Shown here one piece after another: positions 1 through 11,783 of a stretch of 64,000 nt of DNA. A program made the translations under genes and the position numbers. The first letter of the stretch is position 1, and each line of letters starts with the position of its first letter. The notes beneath the pieces are model-generated. The model was not told the DNA's origin. It saw nothing but the letters and a program-made list of their open reading frames with translations, and did no database searches. Where the stretch lies: positions 393,036 through 457,035 of the forward strand of contig JAIVFI010000042.1 of NCBI GenBank assembly GCA_025558095.1, given 5' to 3'. Source of the DNA: Hyaloraphidium curvatum SAG 235-1. Taxonomy: Eukaryota; Fungi; Monoblepharomycota.

Positions 1-32
1 CCACATGCAGGTTAGCAAAAGCGCGATGCGGA

Positions 33-2350
33 TCAAGCGAGGGAACCCACGTCGCTGGCGCGGGATAGGAACCCGCCGGCGGATGCGAGCGCGCTGGCCA
101 GCGCGGCGCCCCAGAGGCTGTTGCTCGAGGGCTTTGCCTGCGGCGGCGGGAGGGGCTCCGCCAGCCCGTCCAAGGGCGGCAGGCCCTCGAAGGGAGGCAG
201 CGCGGCGGCGCTCTCGAAGGTCTCGGCGGGGTGCACGTCCACGGGCTCCGCCAGCGCGTCGGCGGGGTCGGCCCACTCCTCGTCCAGCGACTCGTACCCC
301 GTCTCGTCGCCGCTTTCCTCCCCCCTCAGCTCCACCTCCAGCACATCCTCCTCCGACCCGTAGTCCTCCTCGTCGTACTCCTCCTCCCCATCCTCCTCCT
401 CGCTCCCGCTCCACTCCCCGTCCTGCATCCCTCCCTCCCTCCACCCGCCCCCGCCCTCCCACCGCACCGTCCCCCCGCTGCTCCCGCTCGCACCGCTGCC
501 GCCCCCGTTCCCCGCCGTGCTCCCGCCGCTCCACCCGCTCCCGCTCTCCCTCCCGCTCCCCCCGTCGCTCGGCGTCGCCTCGTCCCACCCCCACCCGGCC
601 GCGGCGGGGGGCGGCACCACCTTTGCCGCGAACGCGGCGAGCACGCCCCGGGCGCGCCACAGCGCGACTCCGAGATCGACGACCACCGCCGCGTGCTGGC
701 CCGGCTCCCGCGGCACCGGCATGTGCAGGGGGAGGCACGGCGCGGGGTCGGTGCCCCAGCCGCCGGCGAGGCAGGGGAGGGCGGGGTCGAGGAGGATGGC
801 GGCCTTGGCGGCGACGGCGGCGTCGAGCTGCCGGACGGTACGGGCGGGTGAGCGGATGCGTGTAAGGGCAGCGGAGGACGTACCGGGGACGGGTGGGTGC
901 GCTGCGCGGCGAGGGTGAGCCGGCACCCGGCGTCGCCGAGGGGCTCCACGAGGAGGACGGCGAGGTAGTCGGGGGCCTGGTGCACGAAGCTCGTGTCCTG
1001 CGCCGGGAGGGGGCGGCAGAGGGGCTCGCTGACGCGCGAGTCGAAGTTGAGGAGGAAGAGGAGGGAGGAAGAGGAGAGGGGGAGGGGGTCGGGTTGCGGG
1101 GGGCGCGGGGAGGTGGCGGAGCGCGGGGAGAGGGGCGGTGCGTATGCGGGGGATGCGGGGGGGTACGTGGCGTGCGCGGGGGGGTACGGGGCGGCGGCGG
1201 CGTACGGGGCGTTGGGCTGGTAGGAAAAGTGGCCGTAGCCTGCGCTCGGGGGGCTGGACGGGGCCGCGGCGGGGTAGGTCGAGAAGAGGTGCGGCGACGC
1301 GCCGAGCTCCCCCGATGCATGGTACCCCGCGGGGCTGGCGGGGCTGGTCGGGCTGGGGAACGAGGAGCTGCCCGTGCGGGCGGCGTAGACGTCGAGCAGG
1401 GGCGCGCCGTCGCGGCCGTCGTAGTCGCTGTCGTCGTCGTCGCGCCGGCGGGCGCGGCGGTCCCGAGCGCGGGCGGGGTTCTTGGTCCGCGTCCTGGCGG
1501 GGGGCCCGACCCTAAGCAGTTGCGGGTCCTGTGCGGGGGGGGGGGGAGGGAGGGGTGGAAGGGGGGCGGATGAGTGCGGGATCGACGGACTGCGAGGCGG
1601 CAGGATCCCACATTGGGCCTGCGATCCCAGGCGCACTTGTCGGGCGTGCAGTTGCGGTGGCGTGTGTAGTTGCCAGACGGCCCCTTGCTCATGTTACCGT
1701 CGGGCACGCCCTCGTGCATGCCGTGGTGGCAGTAGACCGACACGAAGCGCAGCTGGCCGTCGCCGCCTGCGGGGGCAAACAGCAGCACGTGCGGCGCGGC
1801 CTTGTAGAAGCAGCAGGCGGGCAGCCTGTTGAGGAGGGCGGCGAGGTCGGACGGCCAGCCGGGCTGGCGCGAGGCGGCGAGGGCGGCGAGCACGGCGGGC
1901 CAGGTTTCGGCGGTGACTGCGGGCAGCGAGCGGTGCACGCGGCCGAAGCCGGGGCGGCCGCCCGCCGAGGTGAGGTAGGCCGAGTACTGCTGCTCGTCGG
2001 GCGGCGGCGACCCCGAGCCGGGCGAGCCGGACGAGTTCTCTGCGGCGGCGGGCGGGTCAGCGAGCCCGCGGGTCGCCCATCCCGGATCGGCACCCACCCG
2101 ACGACAGCTGGCGGGCCGAGCGGGCGGCGCCCGAGGCGCGGCGGGCGTTCTTTTGTCCCCCCGCGGTGGTCGGCGCGCCCGACTTCCTGCGGCCCGCCTT
2201 GCCCCGCCCGGCCCCGGCCGCCGCGGATGTCTCGCCGGCGAGCGGCGGCGGCGGCGGCATCGCGGGCGCCGGGTGGGCGGCGGTCACGGCATGGCCGGCC
2301 GTCGGGGGATGCGGGGGCGCGCCGGGCGGGCCGGCGGGCGGCGCCGCCAT
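33..2350 (-). CDS. Multi-exon hypothetical protein with Pro/Tyr-rich and acidic low-complexity regions; may continue left of the window
   Basis: ATG at 2350 (MAAPPAGPPG...). GT..CAG introns near 2097-2041, 1613-1529, 1033-998 and ~925-828 join coherent exons (...DEQQYSAYLTSAGG...FVSVYCHHGMH...; DPQLLRVG...; LDAAVAAKAAILLDP...EEEDGEEEYDEEDY). A further donor and CTAAC branch site near 50-10 suggest the gene runs off the window. Confidence 0.55.
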
Positions 2351-3861
2351 GGCGGTCAAAATGCGCGCGGCGGCGGGGAAACAGCGGCGGCGGGCGGTGG
2401 CGCCGGCGGCACGGGCTCCTCTCCAGGCGCCCGGGCGTGCTGCCTTTGCGTGGGGTGCTGATGTCCTGGCCTGGTCTGGAACATCCCAAGCCGGACGCGC
2501 AGCCCCACCCGTCGGCACCCGTGTCCCGATCGTCGCATGTCGGGGCTCTCAAACACCGCGGGCACGCTCTCAAGACACGCATCAATCTGTGCGCGGCCGG
2601 CAACCCGCGTTCCGCCCCTCCTGCCTCGCCGGCTGCGCGCCGAACCCCCGCTCTCAAACCGCCAGCCAGTCCACGGCTTATCGCGACTGCCCCGCCGAAC
2701 CGCCGACCCGCAAGCTGCCGCCGCCCCAACACAGCGCTCGCCGCGTCGCGCCCCCCGATCACTCGTTTCCCGGCCCGTCCCCGGCTATCATCCCCGCCCC
2801 CGGGCCGCACTCCGCGCGACAAATTCCCGCCGCGCACCAGCCCCGTCCAGGCACCCCTCCGGCCGCCCTCCCTGCCCCTCCCCGCCCACCCCCCGAACAC
2901 CCACCGCACCAGAACAGCCCCGGGGACCCCCCACATCGTCCCCGCACCTCCCCCCGCCCCGCAACACACGGCCGTCCGGCAGCCTGACCGGGAAGCCAAT
3001 CGGGCACAGCCTTCCCACCCCGTCCCACTCCGCCTCCCCGCGGCCTCTGACGCCGCCTCGACACCCTCCCCGGCGCCCATCCCCGCATCCCTCTGGTGCG
3101 GAGCACGACGGGGACCAATATCCGTCGGTTTCCGGGGCGATCGGCGCGCGCCGCGCCCCGCGGCCGGCGGTCCCTGGCGGGGCAGGCGGCAGAGTTTCGG
3201 CGCCCGTGCCGCCCGTGCCGCTCAGGGCCGGCCGGCGAGCGGGGAGGCCCGATGGCGCCGGGTCCATGACGCGGTCGACGGCGCGCCGGGGATCCGCGCG
3301 CTTCGTTGCGGGGTCGGGATCGGGCGGGCGGGGGTTCGGGGGAAGCCCGGGACGGGAAAGGCGGGGGTGCGGAGAAACCGGCGGTCCTACGCCGTTCCGC
3401 CGGGATCTCCATCCTCCCTTTCGTTCCGAGGACGATCGGCCGGCCGGACGTACGCGGCGGGAAGCACCCGGCCCGGGTGGGGATGGCGCGGCCGGGCCGG
3501 GTAATGTCGGAACACGCGGCGGCCGGCGTGTCCGATCGCGGCGACGGCCGGCCGCGTTGAACATCTTGCATTGCGACGCAAAATGAGCCACCTGCGGGAC
3601 CGGACCGCAGAACCGGACCCCGGGACCGCCGTCGCCCGCCCTCCGAACCTGCGCCCGGCCGAGGGGCCGGACCCCGGACGCACATCCCACCATCGGCCGT
3701 CCGGATCACGGCCTGCAGAACGATGCGCTCGTTGTATTGGAGGCAATGCGTCTCCGCTGCACGCACATGTCGTCGAGGGCGGAGGACCGCGTCCCCGCTG
3801 CGGCGTCCACCGCGCGACCGGAAGAACGCCCGCCGGCCCGTCGCATCGACGTCGCACCGAG

Positions 3862-4302
3862 CTACCCGGAACGCCCTGCTCCCGCCCGCCCCCGGGAAAA
3901 GCCGGGAATGCCGTGCCCCGATGGGGAGTGAGCGGGGGTGCGGGCCGCGGCCTGCACTCGCCTCCGGCCAGCAGCCTGGGCTGCTGGCCGGGGAGCCCGG
4001 TGAGGGCGACGAGGAGGTGCTCCTCCTTGGGGAGGTGATTGCAGGCGTCCATGTACGTCAGGGGAGCACGACGAGGCTCGTCGTCGTCGCCGTCTTCCGT
4101 CACAGGCAGGATGGAGGGGCCGTCCGCCGCGCCGTTGAGTCAAAGTGTCGTTGCCGAAGAAATCGGCATCGGTTGCGTTGAACGGGGTTCCGGCATTCGT
4201 GCCGTCGGCATCCGCATCGCGTCTGCCGAACAGCGCGGCGAGGGCACGGTGCGCTAAGCCGATGGTGGCGAGGGCCAGGAGGAGGAGAGAGGAAAACTTC
4301 AT
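3862..4302 (-). pseudogene. Small secreted protein, frameshifted paralogue of the gene at 4698-5429
   Basis: Signal peptide MKFSSLLLLALATIGLAHRALA and RRDA processing site. After a frame change near 4140 it reads PLTYMDACNHLPKEEHLLVALTGLPGQQPRLLAGGEC, which aligns with PTTIMEICNDLSDGKRILVWPALVPLRTPRILAYGEC of the neighbour. 3' end uncertain. Confidence 0.55.
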
Positions 4303-4635
4303 TTGCGTTGGCGTGCGATGTTTGATCTGCAATTTCGGAGGCCGGTAGCGGCAGGTATTTGTACCTGCGGGCCGCGGAACGGATGACGGTCCGCGAACTC
4401 TGGAACGGTGGCGGTGCGGGAATCCTCCGCATCCCCCCCAGGGAAGGCAGCGAACGCCTGACCTCGGGCCGGCTTCAGCGGAAGCAGCTCACGTCGGTCA
4501 CTTCCAGTTTCCTTGAGAATCGCTCCCCGACCGGTCGTGGCACTGGGACCTCGGACGGCGCCGCGCCGCGGTGGCTGACGCACCGCCACAGTCTCGAAGT
4601 CCGCGTCCCAAACATCCGTTCCGGGCCTCGGACGC

Positions 4636-4643
4636 TATATAAG
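4636..4643 (+). promoter_or_regulatory. TATA box (TATATAAG)
   Basis: Canonical TATA about 60 bp upstream of ATG 4698 in otherwise GC-rich DNA. Confidence 0.55.
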
Positions 4644-4697
4644 CCCGCCGTCCCTGACATTTCCGGTTCCAGAACGAAAACTAGACTTGACGTCGCA

Positions 4698-5429
4698 ATG
4701 AAGATCAGCACACTCATCCTCCTCCTGGCGGTTGCCGTCGGCCTCGCCTGCTCGGCAACGGCAGCGCCCCTCGGGGCGCGCGATGCGAAACCTCCGGCCG
4801 CTGCCTCCGCAGCTTCCGATCCCGTCATCAATGGAAAATCAGACAATGGCACCGACCATGGCACCGACGGCGGCAACGCGACGATCGCTGCCTCGGGTCC
4901 CGACGCGGGCAACTCCGGCAACCCGACGGACCCGCAAATGATCCCCACCACGATCATGGAGATCTGCAACGACCTCTCCGACGGGAAGCGCATCCTCGTC
5001 TGGCCGGCCCTCGTCCCCCTCCGCACCCCCCGCATCCTCGCATACGGCGAGTGCGCCTCGTACTGGGGCACTTCCAACCTGTCGTTCGACGACATCTTCG
5101 CCACCCTGTTCCGCGAGCACCCGCACCGCGGTGCGGGGTGGTGGATGGCCGCGGCCGTAGCGGGGGGGTCCACCCCCCTGATCGGAGACCCCGAGGCGTC
5201 GGTGTCGCCGGGCGTCGGCCGCCTCTGCCATTCCGCCGCCGGCAAGCGGCCCTTTCCGCGGCAGTTGAGCGTGGAGCGCTTCGTCGGCGCCATGGGCTCG
5301 ATCGACGCCGTCGTCGTGAGGATGTCCGGGCGGACCGTGATGACCACGAGGTTCAGGGTGGAGGTGCGGCGCCTCGCGCCGGACCAGGCCGGGCCGTTCT
5401 GCGGAGATCGGGAGCGGCACTACGTGTAG
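4698..5429 (+). CDS. Secreted Cys-containing protein of unknown function (243 aa)
   Basis: Signal peptide MKISTLILLLAVAVGLACSATA, propeptide APLGARDA, N-glycosylation sequons, upstream TATA. Confidence 0.7.
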   Translation: MKISTLILLLAVAVGLACSATAAPLGARDAKPPAAASAASDPVINGKSDNGTDHGTDGGNATIAASGPDAGNSGNPTDPQMIPTTIMEICNDLSDGKRILVWPALVPLRTPRILAYGECASYWGTSNLSFDDIFATLFREHPHRGAGWWMAAAVAGGSTPLIGDPEASVSPGVGRLCHSAAGKRPFPRQLSVERFVGAMGSIDAVVVRMSGRTVMTTRFRVEVRRLAPDQAGPFCGDRERHYV

Positions 5430-6211
5430 AGCACCCTCCCTGTCCGCGGGTACAGTGCAGTCGTTTAGGCTTATCCCTCGTTTGCGGAAGTGCGATGGCG
5501 AGAGCGGCCGATCTTGCTGGGAGCCGCCGATCATTGGAGACACCGGAACATTGGAGCAATGCGTCCAGGTTCTGTGTCCCCGCCGAGAACAACGCCCGAC
5601 GGGGCAGGGCAGGGCGAGGAGGCGGTTGGCGGCGGGCAGGGACGCGGGATGGAGATCGCGATGCCACGGAGTTTGGCGCCCGTCCGTGGGTTTGGACCCC
5701 GACCAGGGGCCCCAAGGCGAGGCCGCGTCGCGGGCCGTGCGTGCGGGGCTCTGTACGGGACAGATCCGGCCGGCCGCATTGAAGGAGGGACCTTCGGCGG
5801 GGATTGGAACGGGACGGACGGAGTCAGATCCGTTTGCTCAGGGACCCGGATGCGGACCATGGGACGGGGTGCGGGCGCATTGTTGGTGCGAAATCGTTCC
5901 CTTTTTCACTGTACATACATCGATTCCACTGCTTCGTGTTCTTTTTGGGCTTTCTTCCGTTTGTCTATCCAATCAAGCTGTCTTTGTTTCTGGTCTTTGG
6001 TATGCGTCCTTTTGCGTATGCATTGACAACGATGCAAATTGGCATATGTTTTTGTCCTTGGTATCGTTCGTTTATCAATGGTAAGGCTTTCATCGAGATC
6101 GAATCGCTGTGGACGGTGGGAAGTCAAAGGATTAAGACCATCAAACTCTCTCGAAAGGACAATCAGCACCTCACCTCAGAATGGCATGCTCAACTAGCTA
6201 ATCTTCGTCGT

Positions 6212-7567
6212 TCAGGGGGCAAGGTCGACGATGGCGACGCTCGAAACCCCGACGCCCGCGCCGTGGAGTTCCCTGGTGATGCTCCTGGCAGCCCTCCTTG
6301 CTGCCTTCCGCAGCCGAAGCAGCCCGCACGGCTGGATGCTAAGCGGCGGGGGCACCCTCCTCTGGGCCATCAGCTTTGCGTGCTTTGTGACCCTGCCCGG
6401 CTTCCTGTTGCCGGTTTTCATGGTGTGGGGCCGGAGGAGGAACCCGAGGCGGTCGGCGTCTTGCACGTCCAGCATGAGGAAGATGCCGATCGTCTCTTGC
6501 GGGCGCGCAGGGGCTTGCACGGCGACGAGGGCCGTGTGCTGCGCCGGCTCGGCGTCGGGGATGGCGGATTCGCCGGGGTTGAAGCCCAGCTGCAGCGAGG
6601 CGATCATTGGCCTCTCGAGGCGGAGGGCCCTGTTCCTGGCCTCGCTCGCCTCCATCTCGGGCATGGCGCAGAGCGCCATGAGCCGCACGAGGAAGTCCTC
6701 GGCGTCCTTTTCGTCCGTTTGCAGCATCGGCGCCGTGGGCACCCCGGCGGCTTCGAGGAACGCCCCTCCCTGCTTGCACGCAAGGAGCGCCCTCTCCACC
6801 GCAACGGTGCGGCCGTGCTGCGGCGCTTCTTTCTTTGCGTGGTACAGGAACCTGGCCAGCCGGGCGCGGTACCCCTTGGGCAGGCCGAGGAGGAACAGGG
6901 GGGAGAGTAGGCCGATCGCCTTGGCCTGGGCGAGCCGGAGCCCGGGGTCCAGGCGGAGCAGCGAGGCCCGCGTCCCGGCGAGGATCTTGTGCCAGTGGGC
7001 TTCGAGGTCCTCTTCGGCGGCAAGCAGCCAGTCGCCCGGGCGGCCCACCGCGCTCGGGCGGTTCTGATCACCCTGATCAGCGCTGATCAGGCGGTCCGGT
7101 GCGCCCATGCGGGCGGCCAGCCAGGCCAGGACCTTGGGAAACATGGCGAGCCGCACCGCCAGGGGATCGGCGGCGATGGCCTGGTCAGCGAGCTCGACGC
7201 GGATGCCGAACACGGTGAGGTCGTTCGCGCCGGGGAGCGCGGCGTCGCGGACGGCGCCGAGGCACCACGCGCCGTCCGGCACGGTGCCGGGAATGGCTTT
7301 GGTGCCCGCGGGGGGTGCGTTCGTTTCGGCGTCTTTGCGCTCTCCTCCGGCGAACCCGCCGTCGCTCGGCCTGGGGACATCTCCTACACCGGCCACCACC
7401 CCGACCATCGCCTCCGCCTCCTCCTTCCCTCCTCCAGTACGGGCGTCGCTTCCGCCCTCCGCCGCCGGAGCGGCAGCGTCGGGCGGGGGCGGCGACCCGC
7501 CGAAGCGGAGGGCCATGAGGACTTCGGCGAGCTCGTGGGATTCGGTGGGGGGACCGGGCGGGGCCAT
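6212..7567 (-). CDS. Hypothetical intronless protein (~450 aa, helical)
   Basis: Long ORF with protein-like composition from MAPPGPPTESHELAEV; no recognisable motif. Confidence 0.55.
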   Translation of the reverse strand: MAPPGPPTESHELAEVLMALRFGGSPPPPDAAAPAAEGGSDARTGGGKEEAEAMVGVVAGVGDVPRPSDGGFAGGERKDAETNAPPAGTKAIPGTVPDGAWCLGAVRDAALPGANDLTVFGIRVELADQAIAADPLAVRLAMFPKVLAWLAARMGAPDRLISADQGDQNRPSAVGRPGDWLLAAEEDLEAHWHKILAGTRASLLRLDPGLRLAQAKAIGLLSPLFLLGLPKGYRARLARFLYHAKKEAPQHGRTVAVERALLACKQGGAFLEAAGVPTAPMLQTDEKDAEDFLVRLMALCAMPEMEASEARNRALRLERPMIASLQLGFNPGESAIPDAEPAQHTALVAVQAPARPQETIGIFLMLDVQDADRLGFLLRPHTMKTGNRKPGRVTKHAKLMAQRRVPPPLSIQPCGLLRLRKAARRAARSITRELHGAGVGVSSVAIVDLAP

Positions 7568-8199
7568 GCTACCTGGAATCGGCTTGGCGCGGGCTTGGAG
7601 GTGACTTGGGCGTGAGTTGGACGGGTAGGGAGGGCGCGATGGGGCCTTGTGGGCAGGGGAAGTTGAATCTGGCAGCTCGAAAGGCAGCGGTTGTGTTCGC
7701 GACAAACTCTTGGATTGGTCTCGCCTCCGAGTGCAGTCGGGTCTGGTTGGGCTTCGTGCACCTTCGGATGGCATCTAAACCGCCTTGACCGCGTTCGCGA
7801 GGCCTCCTCAAGGCCAACAGGGCACCTATGCGCGTCCACCCCTAGGATGACACAGTACATCACGGATTGGTTGCGTTCGAGCTTTCCACCGTGGACGCTT
7901 TCGGTGATTCCTGATTCCGAGCCTGATGAAACAGGGACGAGAACGTACGTTGTCACTTCTCGCCATCAACTCACCAGGGGCAAGTAGAAGGTCAGAGGGG
8001 CCCATCGACATCAACCAATCGGCATCGGCCAGCTGCAGCTCGAATCATTGTAACGGCTAAGCATCGGATTTGAACGAAGCACGCGCCGTCAAGAAAATGA
8101 TTCAGGGAGGTTCGGGTATCGTTGTCCAATGGTGCGATCCGCGCCGCGATCCCAGCGAGCGATCGGTTGGCCACCGCCCCGGAACGCGACCTTCCGGGC

Positions 8200-10292
8200 A
8201 TGGAGGGCCGCAAAGCCGCCGGTCTCGGCGGCGAAGCCGCGACCGCGAAACGGAGAGCGCCGGCCGCGCGCGCGCGCGCATCCATCGGGGCGGAGTCGGC
8301 GGACGGGGCGGCGGGACGCGTCGGCCCGGCGCCGCTGGCCGCATCGCCCGCGGCGGCCGACGAGCCCGCCTCGCCCTATCCCGCTTCCTACAACGATGTG
8401 AAAGTGAACTTCTTCCGGTTCCCGGACCCGTACGTGCAGCCGACCAACCCGTACTCGGCGCTGGTCGACTCGCAATCGTTCGCGGTCGTCGACCGCTTCC
8501 GGCTCGAGTGCGGCGTCGAGCTGCGCAACGTCGAGGTGGCGTTCAAGACGTGGGGCGAGCTGGCGGGGCAGGAGGATGGAGAGGGAGACGGCGTAGGGAA
8601 CGTCGTGGTGGTCTGCCACGCGTGAGTTTCTCAACGACGTGGAGGATCGGGAGCTGGAGCCGGAAGCACCTCTTCTTCCCTCTTCACTGGCTCTTTCGCA
8701 CCGGAGGATGCTGGTCTCGTGTCAGAGACAGTCGCTTACTGCATTCCGCCTCCAGATTGAGCGGCTCCGCGGACGTCGCGGACTGGTGGTCCTCCCTCAT
8801 CGGCCCCGGCCGTCCCTTGGATCCCTCCACCTACTTTGTCATCTCGTTCAACGCTCTGGGCTCGCCGTACGGCACCACGTCGCCTCTCACCCTGAACCCG
8901 GCGACGGGCAAGCCGTACGGCCCGGATTTCCCGCGCACGACGGTGCGCGACGACGTGGCGCTGCAGGCCATCGTGCTCAAGAACCTCGGGGTGCGCAAGA
9001 TCCGGGGCGTCATTGGGGGCTCCATGGGCGGGTTTTTCGTGGGTTTCATTGGTCTTCATCGCGGGCAAGCGGGGACGCTGATCGGGCCGCGGCTCTCCAG
9101 ACCCTCGAGTACGCGGCAATGTTCCCGAGCCTGGTCCATTCCATCCTCCCCATCGCCTCCTGCGCCTATCACTCTGCGTGGACAATCAGCTGGTCGGAAA
9201 CCCAGGTTCGTGGCTCGTGGGGCGGCCGGAAACATGGAGGTGACGGCGACCACCATGACAGCGCCAGGCCATCTTTGCGGACCCCGCCTATAATGTCGGC
9301 CGCTATCCCGTCCCCGAAAAAGCCGGCGAGCACGTCGGCGGCCCCGAAGCCGGCCTCAAGGCCGCCCGCATGATCGCCCTCATGACCTACCGCACCCGCG
9401 AGAGCCTGGAGGGCCGCTTCGGCCGCGGCAGGGTGCCGCTGCTGCTCCCCCCTCCCGAGGGCCGCAGGCTGGGCCTGATCGAGTCCGAGAACAGGGGCGT
9501 GCTGGCGGCGCCGGCGCCGGAGGACCAGGAGGCCGAGGCCGAGGGCGGGGCCGGATGGGACACCGAGTTCGAGAAGGAGGCGGGGCTGGAGGACATCCTG
9601 CACAACGAGGGGATGACGTGGGCCAAGCTGTACGACGTGCGGTACGAGCAGGGGTACGGGAACCGCGGCGGGGGGAAGCGGTCGGACGAAGGCGCCGGCG
9701 ACGCGGCCGCAGCGGGGAACAAAAGCCTGGGCGGGGAGCAGGACGACCTCGAGACGGGCGAGTCGGACGAGGACGAGACCGAGGAGCCCCGCGCCGTCTT
9801 CTTCGCGCAGACGTACCTCCGCCACCACGCCAGCAAGTTCGTCGCGCGGTTCGACGCCAACTGCTACATCGCCATTACCCGCAAGATGGACACCCACGAC
9901 GTCGCGCGCGGCCGCGTCGGCGCGCGGGACGCCCGCGGCCGGAAGCTCGCGCACCGCGAGCGCGCTGCGGCGGTGCTGGCCGAGATCACCTGCCCCGCGC
10001 TGGTCATCGGCGTGGACACGGACAACCTGTACCCGCTGGTGGAGCAGAAGGACATGGCGGACGCGCTGCCGAGGGCGCAGTTCAGCGTCGTGAGGAGCCT
10101 GCACGGGCACGACGGGTTCTTGATCGAGATGCCGCAGGTGGGGCGGCTCGTGGACGAGTTCCTGCGCAGGGTGGGTTGGGTCTTTCAGGGGGGTACCGGC
10201 TCGGATCTGATCCGGCTTTGTTTGTCCAGGTGCCCGAAGCCGCACGGGCTGCGATCGCGCCCCCGGATGCTGAATTCGTGGCCAAGATCTGA
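8200..10292 (+). CDS. MET2: Homoserine O-acetyltransferase (spliced, ~5 exons)
   Basis: VVVCHA|LSGSADVADWW, NALGSPYGTTSP, FPRTTVRDDV, nucleophile GGSMGG, AARMIALMTYRT, RFDANCY, catalytic HGHDGFL. Exons are joined by GT-AG introns. Confidence 0.93.
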
Positions 10293-10463
10293 GCGGCGGT
10301 CGGTTTCGGGAGAGGATGTAGCCGATTCGGGAGACGCGGCAAACACTGTAAGCTAATCACTGCTCAACACGGTCCTGTTGGCCCTCTTCCATTCTTCAAT
10401 AGGCTTCACATGATGCTACCCCTTCGGATCTCTACTCCGACTAAGACTGTCCTCGGTCTTCGA

Positions 10464-11537
10464 TTAGGCCCTCGGCATCGAGTCCTTGTTCGGGCCAAGT
10501 TGGACCGCAGCCTCTAGGAACTCCTCGAGATCGGGCTCCCGGACACCGCCGACGCCGATCACGAGTTGCCACATCGCGACCTCGGCGATGAGCGCCCGCA
10601 TGCCTGCGACGCCCAAATCTTCCAGCGACGGCATGCCGAAGCTCCCGACAGAGATGCGGAGGCCGCGGTCGGCTCGGTTGACGATCTCCCTGGGGTCGCC
10701 CGGGCCGGAGAGCACCATCCGTTCGACGACCAGCTCCTGGAGCCCCTGCGGCACGCCGGAACGGAACAAGGCCGAAGAACTGAGCTCGCCGATCTCGAGG
10801 AACTTGACCGAATCCAGTGCGGCGATGGTGCTGTACGTTGATTCGTCCAAGGCACCGTCGCACGTGATGCGCTCCGGTCGGAAGTATTCCGGGCACATGG
10901 CGAGCATGATCAATATCCCGGTGCCTCTCCAGGCCTTGATCTGGGGCATGATCTCTCGGTTTAATAGCACCCAGAAGATTCCGAATTGGGAATCATCGTC
11001 GTCCAGCCTCAGGCTGAGATGGTCAAGGACCCCAGCTCCTGCGACGAGGTGCGTGAGGACGTAGTTAAAGGGGTGAATGTCCTGTGCCCAGTAATTCAGC
11101 CTCTTCAGATTCGGGAGTTCAAAGGCAGGCGGGCCCGTGGGGTCTTCCAAAACGGTCCCTGAGCTGTCGATGACTTCGAGCTCCCTGACACTCCTCGGCA
11201 CGCTCCTCAGCACCTGGCACATTGTCTCGTAGTTTCCGAACTCGAGCTTCGCCGAAACGAGGTTCGTTCAAAGAGTCCGACTCCACAAGAGGTCGAGCAG
11301 CTCGTCGACGCCTCCCTCCTGCCACGCACCGCAGCCCGACTCGACCCTCTGGACGTGTCGGAGCCATCCGCGTGCGCGCCAGCGCTCGACTCTCTCGTCA
11401 AGCAGCTCCAGAGGACGCGGGTCGTGCGCAAAGACCGAGAACGCGAGCGGTTCGACGAGCAGCCCCCGGCGGGGAAGGAAGAGCGCGATGTGGGAGATGA
11501 TTTCGGGAGGGAAGACGAGGGGAGTGTCGGTTTCCAT
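10464..11537 (-). pseudogene. F-box-like/LRR-like protein, copy 1 (in-frame TGA at 11270-11268)
   Basis: F-box-like FPPEIISHIALFL. Downstream in-frame ORF 11222-10464 has LRR-like LPNLKRLN, LDSVKFLEIGEL, PQGLQELVV. Has a 36-bp deletion relative to copy 2. Confidence 0.6.
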
Positions 11538-11783
11538 GGTGTTTTCTGGATCCGTTGTGAAGGAGAGTTGTCGAGTCATCGGTCGGGGAAGCCAGCGCTC
11601 GCGCAAGCGCAAGGCTCGTGGAAAAGAACCTCAACGTCAAAGAGTCTCCATCAACCGGGCCCTTTTTATTCAGGTGCAACTCGGCCAACGACCATCACGG
11701 CACTCGGCCTGCCTTTGTATTAAGATTGCCCGGCATCACCCGCACGTCGGGTACAGCGTCACCTGCACCCCGCCGCCCCTCAG
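11243..11783. repeat. Left arm of a near-identical inverted repeat (partner 18953-19529)
   Basis: Reverse complement of 18953-19529 except one substitution I could see and a 36-bp deletion. Confidence 0.92.

Noticed and set aside
5880-6210. AT-rich island in GC-rich DNA
   Set aside because: Lies between convergent genes, consistent with 3' UTR/terminator sequence; no element ends seen.
7072-7091. Perfect 20-bp palindrome CCTGATCAGCGCTGATCAGG
   Set aside because: Single occurrence inside an ORF with no associated element; probably a local template-switch or chance event.
9430-9790. Long acidic insertion in MET2
   Set aside because: Fungal homoserine acetyltransferases commonly have a variable low-complexity insertion at this position.
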